Positions 32,920 through 41,966 of a stretch of DNA of 56,858 nucleotides are shown here, in pieces; the first letter of the stretch is position 1; each line of letters begins with the position of its first letter. The notes below the pieces were generated by a model. The model had not been told where the DNA came from and searched no databases. It saw nothing but the letters and a program-made list of their open reading frames with translations. Both the position numbers and the translations under genes were made by a program. The stretch is from Patescibacteria group bacterium (GTDB taxonomy: Bacteria; Patescibacteriota; Microgenomatia; UBA8517), in NCBI GenBank assembly GCA_018823885.1, contig JAHJHG010000005.1:1-56858 (forward strand), given 5' to 3'.

Positions 32920-34632
32920 TTATTTTGTAGGTTGGATTCCGAAGTATATAAAAAGATCTTTCGCGACATTGTACCAAAGAGGAGCCGCTGTTTCCGACGC
33001 CCAAGGAGAACTGGAAGGTTCTCTTAAGGTTATCAGCATAACAAAGTCTGGATCATCTGCGGGTGCGAAACCGACGAAACTGGCTATTGTTCTTTCTTCA
33101 TCATAATGTCCAGCAATAGGAATCTGAGCTGTCCCTGTCTTTCCAGCGACATTAAATCCCCTAAGATGAGTCCATTTTGATTCTCCATTCTTCGCGGCTT
33201 CAACCATCATTGCGGTTACCTCATTGGCTGTTTTGGCAGAAATCACTCTTTCGTCAATTTCAGGTTTAATATCTTCTCCCCAAGTTTCTCCCAATATCCT
33301 GTCAACAACTTGCGGTGTTACGAGGATACCGTCGTTTGCAATTGCCCCAACAGCACGAACCATTTGGATAGGAGTAGTCACTACTCCCTGCCCAAAGGAA
33401 GTTGTCGCTAAATCAACTATGTTCCACGTTCCTTTTTCTCTTAATTTCGGTTCTATTTCTCCTTGGAGATCGACGTTTGTGGCCTTTCCTATACCGAAAG
33501 CGTCCAAATAATCATAAAGCGTGTCGGCACCTGTCTTTTGACCTACATAGGACATCCCTACGTTATCGGAGTGAACAATAACGTCAAGCATGGTTTGGTC
33601 GGGAGTATATTCATTGTTCCATGTTTTAATAAAATACTTATCTACTTTCAAGGGTCCGTCGCAAATTTCACACTTTGTATCGGGCTCCACAGCATCTGAA
33701 TCAAGTCCCGCCGCCATTACCAAAACTTTAAAAATCGATCCTGGCTCAAAAGAATCAGAGACAATCGGATTTTTGAAAAAAGTATCTCCAAAATCGGAAT
33801 AGCTTGCGGGATCGTAAGAAGGATAGGCCGACATTGCCAAAACCGCACCATTTTTTGGATTCATGACAACAGCTGTTCCTCCCACGGCTCCGTATTTTTC
33901 AATTCCCTCAGAAAGTTTTTCATCCAATAGAAGCTGGATCGTTTTATCGATGTGTGTTAATAAATCAACACCAGCGATAGCCGTTACTTCCGTCATATCT
34001 CCAATCCCAATCGGCAATCCCCTAGCATCCCTTTCCCTTCCTAAAAAACCAGGCTTGCCTGAAAGTGGAGCATTGTAATAACCCTCCAAACCAAAGTAGC
34101 CAATATCTTCTCCTTGAGCATCTTTTCCAACAAATCCTAACAAATGGGCGGCACTTGAGGCTTCAGGGTACATCCTTGTTTCTTGTTGTTCAAAACCTAT
34201 TCCGGCTATTCCCAGCGCTTCAATATTTCGCTTAACTTCTGTACTAATTTTGTGTTTTATGGGAATCCAAACAATTTCCTCTTTCGTTAAAAGGGAATAT
34301 ATTCTTTCAACTTCCAGTAAAACATCTGTTCTTTCTGATTCTTCCTCAAGAAAAAACGGAGCTAGCTTGTCGGCAATTTTTCTGGGGTTTTCTTTTATGT
34401 CCGGCAAAGAAGCATAAACTAACCATGCCTCCCCTCTCGCCGCAAGCCATGTTGAGTCACTTGCTAATATATTGCCTCTGGGAGCACCAATATTTTTTCC
34501 TGACTGATATTGGTCCCTAGCTTGAGCCGACAAGTCTTTACCCCTAATAATCTGCCAAAAAAATAATCTAGCCAAAAGAACAACGAAGATAATCAAAAAA
34601 AATGCGGCTACCAGCTTTAAGCGCGTCTGCAT
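32920..34632 (-). CDS. ftsI: Class B penicillin-binding protein (FtsI/PBP3-like)
   Basis: RG.I, R.YP, G.FGLE; transpeptidase motifs SIFK, SDN, KTG. Confidence 0.92.
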   Translation of the reverse strand: MQTRLKLVAAFFLIIFVVLLARLFFWQIIRGKDLSAQARDQYQSGKNIGAPRGNILASDSTWLAARGEAWLVYASLPDIKENPRKIADKLAPFFLEEESERTDVLLEVERIYSLLTKEEIVWIPIKHKISTEVKRNIEALGIAGIGFEQQETRMYPEASSAAHLLGFVGKDAQGEDIGYFGLEGYYNAPLSGKPGFLGRERDARGLPIGIGDMTEVTAIAGVDLLTHIDKTIQLLLDEKLSEGIEKYGAVGGTAVVMNPKNGAVLAMSAYPSYDPASYSDFGDTFFKNPIVSDSFEPGSIFKVLVMAAGLDSDAVEPDTKCEICDGPLKVDKYFIKTWNNEYTPDQTMLDVIVHSDNVGMSYVGQKTGADTLYDYLDAFGIGKATNVDLQGEIEPKLREKGTWNIVDLATTSFGQGVVTTPIQMVRAVGAIANDGILVTPQVVDRILGETWGEDIKPEIDERVISAKTANEVTAMMVEAAKNGESKWTHLRGFNVAGKTGTAQIPIAGHYDEERTIASFVGFAPADDPDFVMLITLREPSSSPWASETAAPLWYNVAKDLFIYFGIQPTK

Positions 34633-34644
34633 GATTTGTCTTTG

Positions 34645-34971
34645 TCACGGAAGTTTTGCTACAGCTTCTTTTTCGCTAATATATATAACGTCAGAAGGCT
34701 TTATAAACCCTAACTGTTCAGCTTTTTCTCCCATTCCACTTAATGAAGATGAATTAATGAGCTGATTTGAATATTCCTGTTTTTCTTTATTTAGAGCTAT
34801 CTCTTCATTTTCAAGTTCCGCCAGGTGAGCCCCTAAAGTCGAAGCCTCTATTGCAAAAAATACTGTGGCAACGATAAACATCGCGAGTATCGAAAATAGA
34901 GCCATAGAAATATTAAATCCGGCAACTGTTTTTCTTTTATTAATTTGGTTTTCTCTCTTTTTGTTTTGCAT
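34645..34971 (-). CDS. ftsL: FtsL-like cell division protein
   Basis: Basic N-terminus, one TM, coiled coil, A.QLGF motif; between rsmH and ftsI. Confidence 0.7.
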   Translation of the reverse strand: MQNKKRENQINKRKTVAGFNISMALFSILAMFIVATVFFAIEASTLGAHLAELENEEIALNKEKQEYSNQLINSSSLSGMGEKAEQLGFIKPSDVIYISEKEAVAKLP

Positions 34972-34973
34972 AA

Positions 34974-35894
34974 TTATATTTTTTCAAGACACCTTAGTTT
35001 TGCACTTCTTGCGCGAGGATTTTTTGTAGTTTCTTCCCTTGCAGGTACTACTGGCTTTTTAGTTAGAACTTTTACTAGATTCTTGTTCCGCATCTCTCTG
35101 AAAAAATTCTTAACTAAAGCATCCTCTCCGGAATGAAAACTGATAACGACCAATCTTCCTTCCTTTTTTAACAACCCTAGTGCTTTTGGGAGTGCAATTT
35201 TCAGGTTTTCAAGCTCACTATTAACAGCCATTCGCAATGCCATAAAGGGTAGTGTGGCAGGGTTTAGTTTCCCTCCATCAACCCTTGCCCTACTAACAAT
35301 TGCCAAAAAGTCAGAGGTTTCTTTGATTGGTTTTTCTTTTCTACGAAAAACGACCTCTTTCGCTAATTTTCTAGCAACAGGCTGTATCATTACTGATTCA
35401 AATAGATCAATCAGTTGGTCCTCGCGTAAATTGTTTAATAAATCCGCAGCCGTCACGCCTTGCGTTTTAGTATCGATCCTCATATCTAGTGGCGCAGAAC
35501 CACTTTCAAATGAAAATCCACGCGTTTGAGATTTTAGGTGAATATTACTGACACCAAGATCAAAAAGAATGCCATCAACTTCTTTGACTTCCATTCTCTT
35601 TGCAATTTTGTCTATGTCCCTGAAATTTCCGTTTACTAACTTGAAGTGACCCTGAACTGAATCGTTCAGAGTAGGGCAGGCAATATTCAAGCGTTTTTCA
35701 GCAATTTCGAGCAACTCTTTATCAGCATCTATTCCTAATACATTTCCTCCGGCTTTTAATATTTCTAACGTGTGTCCAGCCGTTCCAAGGGTTGTATCTA
35801 TAAAGTAAGCTTGTTTTTTTAAAGGTACATCTAGACCCAAATAGTTAATTACCTCATGGGCCAGGACCGGCTCATGATATTCGCTATTTTTCAT
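34974..35894 (-). CDS. rsmH: 16S rRNA m4C1402 methyltransferase
   Basis: HEPVL, DTTLGTAGH, DGILFDLGVS, RGFSF...PLDMR, ALRMAVNSEL, ISFHSGED, NPRARSAKLR. Confidence 0.98.
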   Translation of the reverse strand: MKNSEYHEPVLAHEVINYLGLDVPLKKQAYFIDTTLGTAGHTLEILKAGGNVLGIDADKELLEIAEKRLNIACPTLNDSVQGHFKLVNGNFRDIDKIAKRMEVKEVDGILFDLGVSNIHLKSQTRGFSFESGSAPLDMRIDTKTQGVTAADLLNNLREDQLIDLFESVMIQPVARKLAKEVVFRRKEKPIKETSDFLAIVSRARVDGGKLNPATLPFMALRMAVNSELENLKIALPKALGLLKKEGRLVVISFHSGEDALVKNFFREMRNKNLVKVLTKKPVVPAREETTKNPRARSAKLRCLEKI

Positions 35895-36321
35895 CTTTTT
35901 CTGCTAATTTTTCAATAAATTCGCCAGCATGGCGAGCAATATACGATTCTCTTTTCTCCCATTCGTCTTTGTCCCAAATCTCAGCTCTATCCCCCAATCC
36001 TACGAAAACAACTTTTTTTGACAATTTCGCATAACTTGTCAAAGAGGAGGGTAAAATTACCCTTCCTTGGTCATCAGGGTCAAGTTCGTACGCAGACCCC
36101 AGAACAAATCTGTCTGTGTCTCTTACTGGCGCTGTAATAACCTTCGATTCGCCCGTAAGCCTGTTTAAAAGTGCTTCCCAGTTTGCTTCCCCTATTAAGA
36201 CCAAGCAACCCTCATACCATTTGGCGACGATCATTTTCTTCCCAAGTTTTACTCTTATCTTTTTGGGAATGGCTATTCTTCTTTTTGAGCCTAAATTCGT
36301 CGAGTATTGGCCAATAAGCAT
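35884..36321 (-). CDS. mraZ: Transcriptional regulator MraZ
   Basis: GQY...L..KRRIAIP, D.QGRVILP, FVGLGDRAEIW. Confidence 0.97.
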   Translation of the reverse strand: MLIGQYSTNLGSKRRIAIPKKIRVKLGKKMIVAKWYEGCLVLIGEANWEALLNRLTGESKVITAPVRDTDRFVLGSAYELDPDDQGRVILPSSLTSYAKLSKKVVFVGLGDRAEIWDKDEWEKRESYIARHAGEFIEKLAEKDEK

Positions 36322-36396
36322 AATCGGAGTAAGTTAATAATCTAAGTCTTTTGTTATGGTCTGGGCAGATCATGTTTAAGATGGTTCTATTTAGTA

Positions 36397-36415
36397 TTCA
36401 CCACTTTTCACCACT
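36397..36415 (-). promoter_or_regulatory. MraZ operator-like direct repeats (AGTGGTGAA x2, 10-bp period)
   Basis: TTCACCACT at 36397-36405 and 36407-36415; matches the GTGG-type repeats known upstream of mraZ. Confidence 0.75.
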
Positions 36416-36422
36416 ACATATC

Positions 36423-36451
36423 ATTTTGGTATATTTTCACGGACATGTCAA
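36423..36451 (-). promoter_or_regulatory. mraZ/dcw promoter (TTGACA-N17-CAAAAT)
   Basis: Perfect -35 at 36446-36451; -10-like box just upstream of the MraZ repeats. Confidence 0.6.
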
Positions 36452-36495
36452 TATGGGCTGTTACCGCTATCAAACACTAAATATAGCGCTAGAGG

Positions 36496-37236
36496 CTATT
36501 CTGAGAGGCCTATGAAGATGCCAATACCCGAAGTCTCACCACTTACACTACTCCATTCGCTGCCTGACCACCTGTGAAGCGTGCCTGAGCCTATTTTAAC
36601 TGTACCTGAAAGCGTGGTGGCCGAAGAGAAAACTCCATACGGTCCTGAAACTACCTCACCCCCTGGAACTTCCGGTACACCAAAAGTTTCCATAACAACA
36701 AAATATTCACTAGACTTTTTGTTTAAACTTACCGTAAAATCCTCGTCTACCGATGCCAATTCAGAAATTCCTGACAATAAAGCAAACTCTGTGGAAAATT
36801 TAGCGATAAGCTTGCCCTTTTCATTCCTAAAACGCAAAGTAAGAGTGCCCTTCTCAACACCTTCATCATACCTAAACTTCCCAGACGACTCTGACCCCAA
36901 AAGAAGTTCTCTTTCAATTTCATTCTCCCCATCAAGGTTAATCGAGCCAGGGACACCTTGAGTTCGACCGTCGGGCAACTTATATAGTAGTTCATAATCA
37001 AGACTGGCTGCATCTATCGTTATTTTCTCTATTACCAATGTAAGCCAATGACCATCATTAGAAGGTGTGAGTGAAGTAATTGGTCTGTCGGACAATGGAA
37101 CCTCTATTAGGGATGTCTCGTCCTCTGTTATATCCCCCTCTTTTTTGCTTCTGGTCACAAAAAAGTAAGCCCCAACAATTACAACGATTCCTAGTAAAAG
37201 TAAAATTAGCGGGAGAAACTTTTTTATCTTTGTCAT
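36496..37236 (-). CDS. Hypothetical membrane-anchored or exported protein
   Basis: N-terminal TM/signal, beta-rich body; 4-nt ATGA overlap with glyQS. Confidence 0.75.
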   Translation of the reverse strand: MTKIKKFLPLILLLLGIVVIVGAYFFVTRSKKEGDITEDETSLIEVPLSDRPITSLTPSNDGHWLTLVIEKITIDAASLDYELLYKLPDGRTQGVPGSINLDGENEIERELLLGSESSGKFRYDEGVEKGTLTLRFRNEKGKLIAKFSTEFALLSGISELASVDEDFTVSLNKKSSEYFVVMETFGVPEVPGGEVVSGPYGVFSSATTLSGTVKIGSGTLHRWSGSEWSSVSGETSGIGIFIGLSE

Positions 37237-38525
37237 TTGCCTGATATTTTATTTTCTAGAAAGCTGGCAATCTTGTCAATCGCAATCCTGTCTTGTTTTT
37301 TTGTATCTCTATCCCGAATAGTGACCGATTTATCGTTTAATGTATCGAAATCAACCGTTATGCACCAAGGAGTACCAATCTCATCTTGAGCAAAATAGCG
37401 CTTACCAATGTTTCCTCTTTCGTCCCAAGCAACCGGGAATTTCTTAATCAAATCCTCATAAATTTCTCTTGCTTTCTTAACAAGTTCCGGCTTATTTGCA
37501 AGAAGCGGGAAAATTGCCGCCTTATATGGAGCAAGTTTTGGATGAAGTTTCAAGAAAACTCGCCCTTCTTCTTCATTATATCCATCAAGAAGTGTTATTA
37601 AGAAAGTTCTATTGGCACCAAAAGTTGGTTCCACAACGTGCGGGAAAAACGGCTCACCTTCTTCGGGGTGATATCGCAAATCCTCACCAGATTTTTCTGA
37701 ATGGTTTTTCAAATCATAGTCGGAACGATAAGCTAAACCATACAACTCACCCCAACCGAAAGGAAATTTATACTCTATATCTTCCGTACGGTCAGAATAA
37801 TGCGAGCGCTCATCCTTTTCGTGTTCTCGCCATCGCAATTTCTTTTCATCTATGCCTAGATCAATAAGCCATTTCCACATTTCTTTCTTCCATTTCTCAA
37901 AATACTTTTCACCCTCTTTTGGACCAATGAAATACTCTATTTCCATCATATCGAACTCCAGAGTCCTAAAAATGAAATTTCCTAAAGTAACCTCATTCCT
38001 AAAGCCTTTTCCTATTTGAGCCAAACCAAAAGGCAAGCTAGGACGTTGAGTATTAATCACATTTTTGAAATTAACAAACATTCCCTGAGCGGTTTCAGGC
38101 CTAAGATAGATTTCTGCACCTCTATTTTCAGTAGCCCCAATTTGAGTTTTAAACATACCCTGAAAAAGTTTTGGCTCTGTCAATTCACCACCACAATCAG
38201 GACATTTTGCTTTGTCCTTTAAATGATCCTCTCGGAAGCGCTTGTGGCACTTTTTACATTCAACAAGCGGGTCAACAAAGGATTCAACATGTCCCGATGA
38301 TTCCCATACCTTAGGATTCATTAAAATACTCGTGTGGATACCAAAAATTTCTTCTCTTTGCTCTACAAACCTTTCCCACCAAAGATTTTTGATATTGCGA
38401 AGCAGTTCTGCACCAAGAGGTCCATAATCATAAGTATTAGCCAAGCCTCCGTAAATTTCACTTCCTGGGTATATAAACCCTCGACTCTTTGCAAGAGAAA
38501 CAATTTTTTCCATCTTGTTCTTCAT
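37233..38525 (-). CDS. glyQS: Glycine--tRNA ligase, homodimeric alpha2 type
   Basis: RGFIYPGSEIYGG, YDYGPLG, YLRPETAQGMF, GKGFRNE, HVVEPTFG, RYFAQDEIGTP. Confidence 0.97.
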   Translation of the reverse strand: MKNKMEKIVSLAKSRGFIYPGSEIYGGLANTYDYGPLGAELLRNIKNLWWERFVEQREEIFGIHTSILMNPKVWESSGHVESFVDPLVECKKCHKRFREDHLKDKAKCPDCGGELTEPKLFQGMFKTQIGATENRGAEIYLRPETAQGMFVNFKNVINTQRPSLPFGLAQIGKGFRNEVTLGNFIFRTLEFDMMEIEYFIGPKEGEKYFEKWKKEMWKWLIDLGIDEKKLRWREHEKDERSHYSDRTEDIEYKFPFGWGELYGLAYRSDYDLKNHSEKSGEDLRYHPEEGEPFFPHVVEPTFGANRTFLITLLDGYNEEEGRVFLKLHPKLAPYKAAIFPLLANKPELVKKAREIYEDLIKKFPVAWDERGNIGKRYFAQDEIGTPWCITVDFDTLNDKSVTIRDRDTKKQDRIAIDKIASFLENKISGK

Positions 38526-38584
38526 ATCTCTACCAAATTATAACTAGTCAAAACATCATTATCTAGTAGTTAGCTTACTAAAGA

Positions 38585-39130
38585 TCAAGAAAGAAGCTTT
38601 TTGCCAACGCGAACTGAATTGATGTTTCTCTCTGTTATTTCTTCTAATAACATATCCGGATTTTTTATCTGTCTTTCTTTTGGCCAGTATCCAAGCAAGA
38701 TCACTACATCCTTGACAAACCCTTCCCTAAGTTTTTTAAGTGCCCTTTCATTACGAAGAGAATGAATGTATTTCAATAAAAGAAAAAACAATTTTTCGTT
38801 TCTTTCTCCTTCGTTAGTCAGTCGCCCTATTACTTCAGTAAAATAATATGCAACAGCAACTTTTTTCAGATTTTTTCGGATTTGGGGGAAAGAAGAAATT
38901 ATTTCAGCTTCTGTCAAAATATCTAGACTTTTAGTTCTTGCGGCAGAAAATCGAATGTGGCTAAAAACTTCTATCGAACCGCGCTTTCTACTTTTAATTT
39001 TTCTTACACTCTTGGCTATTAAGGAAAGCTTGCCATAATCCTTACTGTAAACCACGATAATCCTGTCTGCCTCGGAATAGTTTTTCCTTGCAAGAACAAT
39101 TGCTTCTGAAGAATATGATCTAGATCTCAT
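38585..39130 (-). CDS. recO: DNA repair protein RecO
   Basis: AIVL.RKNYSEADRI...YSKDYGKL..IAKSVRK..S, Y..E. Confidence 0.93.
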   Translation of the reverse strand: MRSRSYSSEAIVLARKNYSEADRIIVVYSKDYGKLSLIAKSVRKIKSRKRGSIEVFSHIRFSAARTKSLDILTEAEIISSFPQIRKNLKKVAVAYYFTEVIGRLTNEGERNEKLFFLLLKYIHSLRNERALKKLREGFVKDVVILLGYWPKERQIKNPDMLLEEITERNINSVRVGKKLLS

Positions 39131-39174
39131 TCAAAACATTGTAGCACTCAAACCCGATAAGCTTTACTAAATAG

Positions 39175-41229
39175 CTAAATTTTAAATTCAAACTCTTTGT
39201 CAGTACGAAGAAATAATTCTTCAAGTTGTTTGCCTACTTCTATCGTGTAAAGTGGCGCATCGGTTCCCGACTGCTTCTGAACAAAAAGTTTATACTCATC
39301 ATCTACTTTAAAAGGTAATTTATACTTTAATGTTACTTTGGCAACACCCAAGGGCCTTAATTCAAAAAAACCAGCAAAAACAGTTTTGTCGAACTCTTCA
39401 TATGGTTCTACCTTATCCTCAACACCGCTGAAATCTATCAGCTCTGAACCTTTCGGTACGTAAATTCTTACCCAGTTGGGGAGAACCGAATTGAGCCAAC
39501 CATCATATTTTTCTGGGTTATTATAAGTAATAGTAACCTCCTTCTCTACGCTTCCGTCTTTTGCTATAGAAACACTTTGATTCACTTCCTGAGTAACGTA
39601 GAGATTTGATTTTCTCCCACCAAGGTTCGCGTCGTTTATGTGTAAATAATCACCTTCAAAATCATCCATTCTTCCAGCTATTCCAAAAGATTCAACCCCG
39701 GCTTGAGCTTTTGAGTCATAAAGGTAGAAAAGAACATGTTTTTCTATCAAGGATTTAAAGACCGCTTCAAAAAGCCCCGGCAATTTGTCTTTTGGTTGAC
39801 CCATCGCATTTGCTAATATTGAATTCATAAGTGGGCCAATTATTTTCTTTCTGTTTTCGTAATTCTCCGGAGCAAAAACAATTTTCCCCGGCTCATTCTC
39901 ACTCCAAACAATCGGCCCTTCTACGTCAGCAAAGCTTTCTAATTCATAAACAACTTGAGGGCAATTACATTCTTCGACTATTTCTGTACTAAAATTGCCA
40001 AAACCAAAGACTCCAATGGGACCGATGGCGTCCAAAAGATTAACTACAACCTGTGTATCAACAGCAATGATTCCATCAATTTCATCAATGCCTACTTTTT
40101 CAATTTCCTCCGAAAAAAGCTTCATACTTTCAGAATAATCCGGACTCCAATTCAAATCTCTTAATCGTAGGTTGGGAGATAAGGCATATGGGCCTTGAAG
40201 ATAATCTACAATTGGATCTGGCGCTGGAATATATGGTCTGTATGATGCATCGAGATTATATATATCACTTGAGGAAACTGGTTCAAATTTCCCTTTCTCA
40301 ACCTTTGCAATGGAATACGCTGTCAAGAAACCACCCGTTGGCCGCAATTCTTTATCGTTTTGAAAAAGGATAAGATATGTCCTTCCCTCTTCTGCTCCCA
40401 ATAAATATGGGGCCGCTTCCAAAAGAGGTTTTCCTTTTTCAATAAATAGCGCCCCCTGGCCAATTAAATCAATTGCCTTACTGACATTTTCTCTAACTGC
40501 TAAACCCGCAAACTTGACTGGATATCTTGCCGGGTTTATCTTGTCAATTTCCGACTTAGCGGCACCGGCCTTGATTGCAAGCTCATCTGCTTTAGGAATA
40601 ATATCCGGAATAGTTTTTATTACAAACTCTATTCTGTCCTGAGCAGTTTGTTGACCATCAGAGGCTTCCTCAGCCACTTCGGAGCCAGTAAGGCCAATGA
40701 TGTCTGCGTAAGGCTCTATCGCTTCTATTAATATGTCCACTGACTCTAAGCCTAATCTGGCTGCCTTTAGGGCATGGTCCAGATCTTTTGTGTAACCACC
40801 AAAGAAGGGAATAATTTTCGTCCATGAAAGAAGTTTGAAGCTTTTTTGCAAACTAACTAATGCCTCTTCCGTCTCTTGTAGTTCAGATTTTATAGCAGGA
40901 AGATTTTGTTGTTCTCCCGCAGCAAGAACATCTTGAGCTGAGGCATAAACAGCTTTTACTTTGCCATAAACAAGAAGTGAGGGAATTAACGTCGCAAAGA
41001 ATAAAACAAGAAGAAATATCCCGCCAATAAGAAAAGCTTTTGCTTTTCGTCCTTTAAATCTGTCTTTAATTGATATTTTTTGTTTTAAGCTTTTTTTATT
41101 ACCCTCGCCTAACTTAGGAATAGATACTGCCTCTGCTTCATTTTCCTGAATAATATCTGCCACGGGTTGAGAGGTCTTTTCTGGAGCAACAGTCTCTGGC
41201 TTAAGCTGGGGAATATCGTTAATTGGCAT
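39175..41229 (-). CDS. DUF4012 domain membrane-anchored protein (start likely ATG 41229)
   Basis: One TM, helical stalk, then YLILFQNDKELRPTGGF, RDLNWSPDY, DGIIAVD, NLGGRKSN motifs. Confidence 0.85.
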   Translation of the reverse strand: MPINDIPQLKPETVAPEKTSQPVADIIQENEAEAVSIPKLGEGNKKSLKQKISIKDRFKGRKAKAFLIGGIFLLVLFFATLIPSLLVYGKVKAVYASAQDVLAAGEQQNLPAIKSELQETEEALVSLQKSFKLLSWTKIIPFFGGYTKDLDHALKAARLGLESVDILIEAIEPYADIIGLTGSEVAEEASDGQQTAQDRIEFVIKTIPDIIPKADELAIKAGAAKSEIDKINPARYPVKFAGLAVRENVSKAIDLIGQGALFIEKGKPLLEAAPYLLGAEEGRTYLILFQNDKELRPTGGFLTAYSIAKVEKGKFEPVSSSDIYNLDASYRPYIPAPDPIVDYLQGPYALSPNLRLRDLNWSPDYSESMKLFSEEIEKVGIDEIDGIIAVDTQVVVNLLDAIGPIGVFGFGNFSTEIVEECNCPQVVYELESFADVEGPIVWSENEPGKIVFAPENYENRKKIIGPLMNSILANAMGQPKDKLPGLFEAVFKSLIEKHVLFYLYDSKAQAGVESFGIAGRMDDFEGDYLHINDANLGGRKSNLYVTQEVNQSVSIAKDGSVEKEVTITYNNPEKYDGWLNSVLPNWVRIYVPKGSELIDFSGVEDKVEPYEEFDKTVFAGFFELRPLGVAKVTLKYKLPFKVDDEYKLFVQKQSGTDAPLYTIEVGKQLEELFLRTDKEFEFKI

Positions 41230-41311
41230 ACTAATCATAATACATAACAAACGAACCATTTATCAATTAATAATCGGGGTTTAATATTAATAAATTTAAT
41301 GTGAAGGCTTA

Positions 41312-41950
41312 CTATACTGCACCCCTACCAGAAATCATTGCCCAAGGGGTCTTAATTAATATCAGTATATCTAATCCGATAGACCGCTTCCTTGCATAAA
41401 ATGCATCCATTTCAATTCTTTTGTCAAAATTTACCTCACTTCTCCCTGTCACTTGCCAATAGCCAGTAATTCCAGGTTTTACGGTTAACATCTCTTTTAC
41501 AAGTTTTTTTGTTTGGGGATATTTTTCCTGTTGTTCTTCCAATTCATCAGGAAAATAGGCACGGGGACCAACGATGCTCATTTCTCCTTTTAAGACATTC
41601 ACAAACTGTGGAATTTCATCTATCGAGTGCTTTCTAATAAACTTGCCAACCTTAGTAACTCTTGGATCCTCATAAAGTTTGTAACTCGATTTTTTATATT
41701 GTTTGTAGAGCTTTTTAAATTTAGGATCCGTTCTAATCAATCCGTGGGCGTTTAAAATCATCGACCTAAATTTGTATAAGCGGAAAAGTTTTCCATTTTT
41801 CCCTACTCTCCTGGGCGTATCGGCCATGCACGGCCCTGGCGAGGTCACTTTAATTGCAACCATTGTGATTAAAATAATTGGAGAAAAGATAATCAAAAGA
41901 GCGGATGCTCCAACAAGGTCTATTGTTCGTTTAGTAATATCAAACAACAT
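41312..41950 (-). CDS. Priming undecaprenyl-phosphate sugar-1-phosphate transferase (Bac_transf, small monotopic type)
   Basis: KRTIDL, YKFRSM, DPRVT.VG.FIRK.SIDEIPQF.NVLKGEMSIVGPR, KPGITG.WQV. Confidence 0.95.
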   Translation of the reverse strand: MLFDITKRTIDLVGASALLIIFSPIILITMVAIKVTSPGPCMADTPRRVGKNGKLFRLYKFRSMILNAHGLIRTDPKFKKLYKQYKKSSYKLYEDPRVTKVGKFIRKHSIDEIPQFVNVLKGEMSIVGPRAYFPDELEEQQEKYPQTKKLVKEMLTVKPGITGYWQVTGRSEVNFDKRIEMDAFYARKRSIGLDILILIKTPWAMISGRGAV

Positions 41951-41966
41951 ATCGGGCAGAATTATA

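Noticed and set aside
33420-33435. parS half-site TGTTCCACGT
   Set aside because: The second half of the palindrome is missing and it lies inside ftsI
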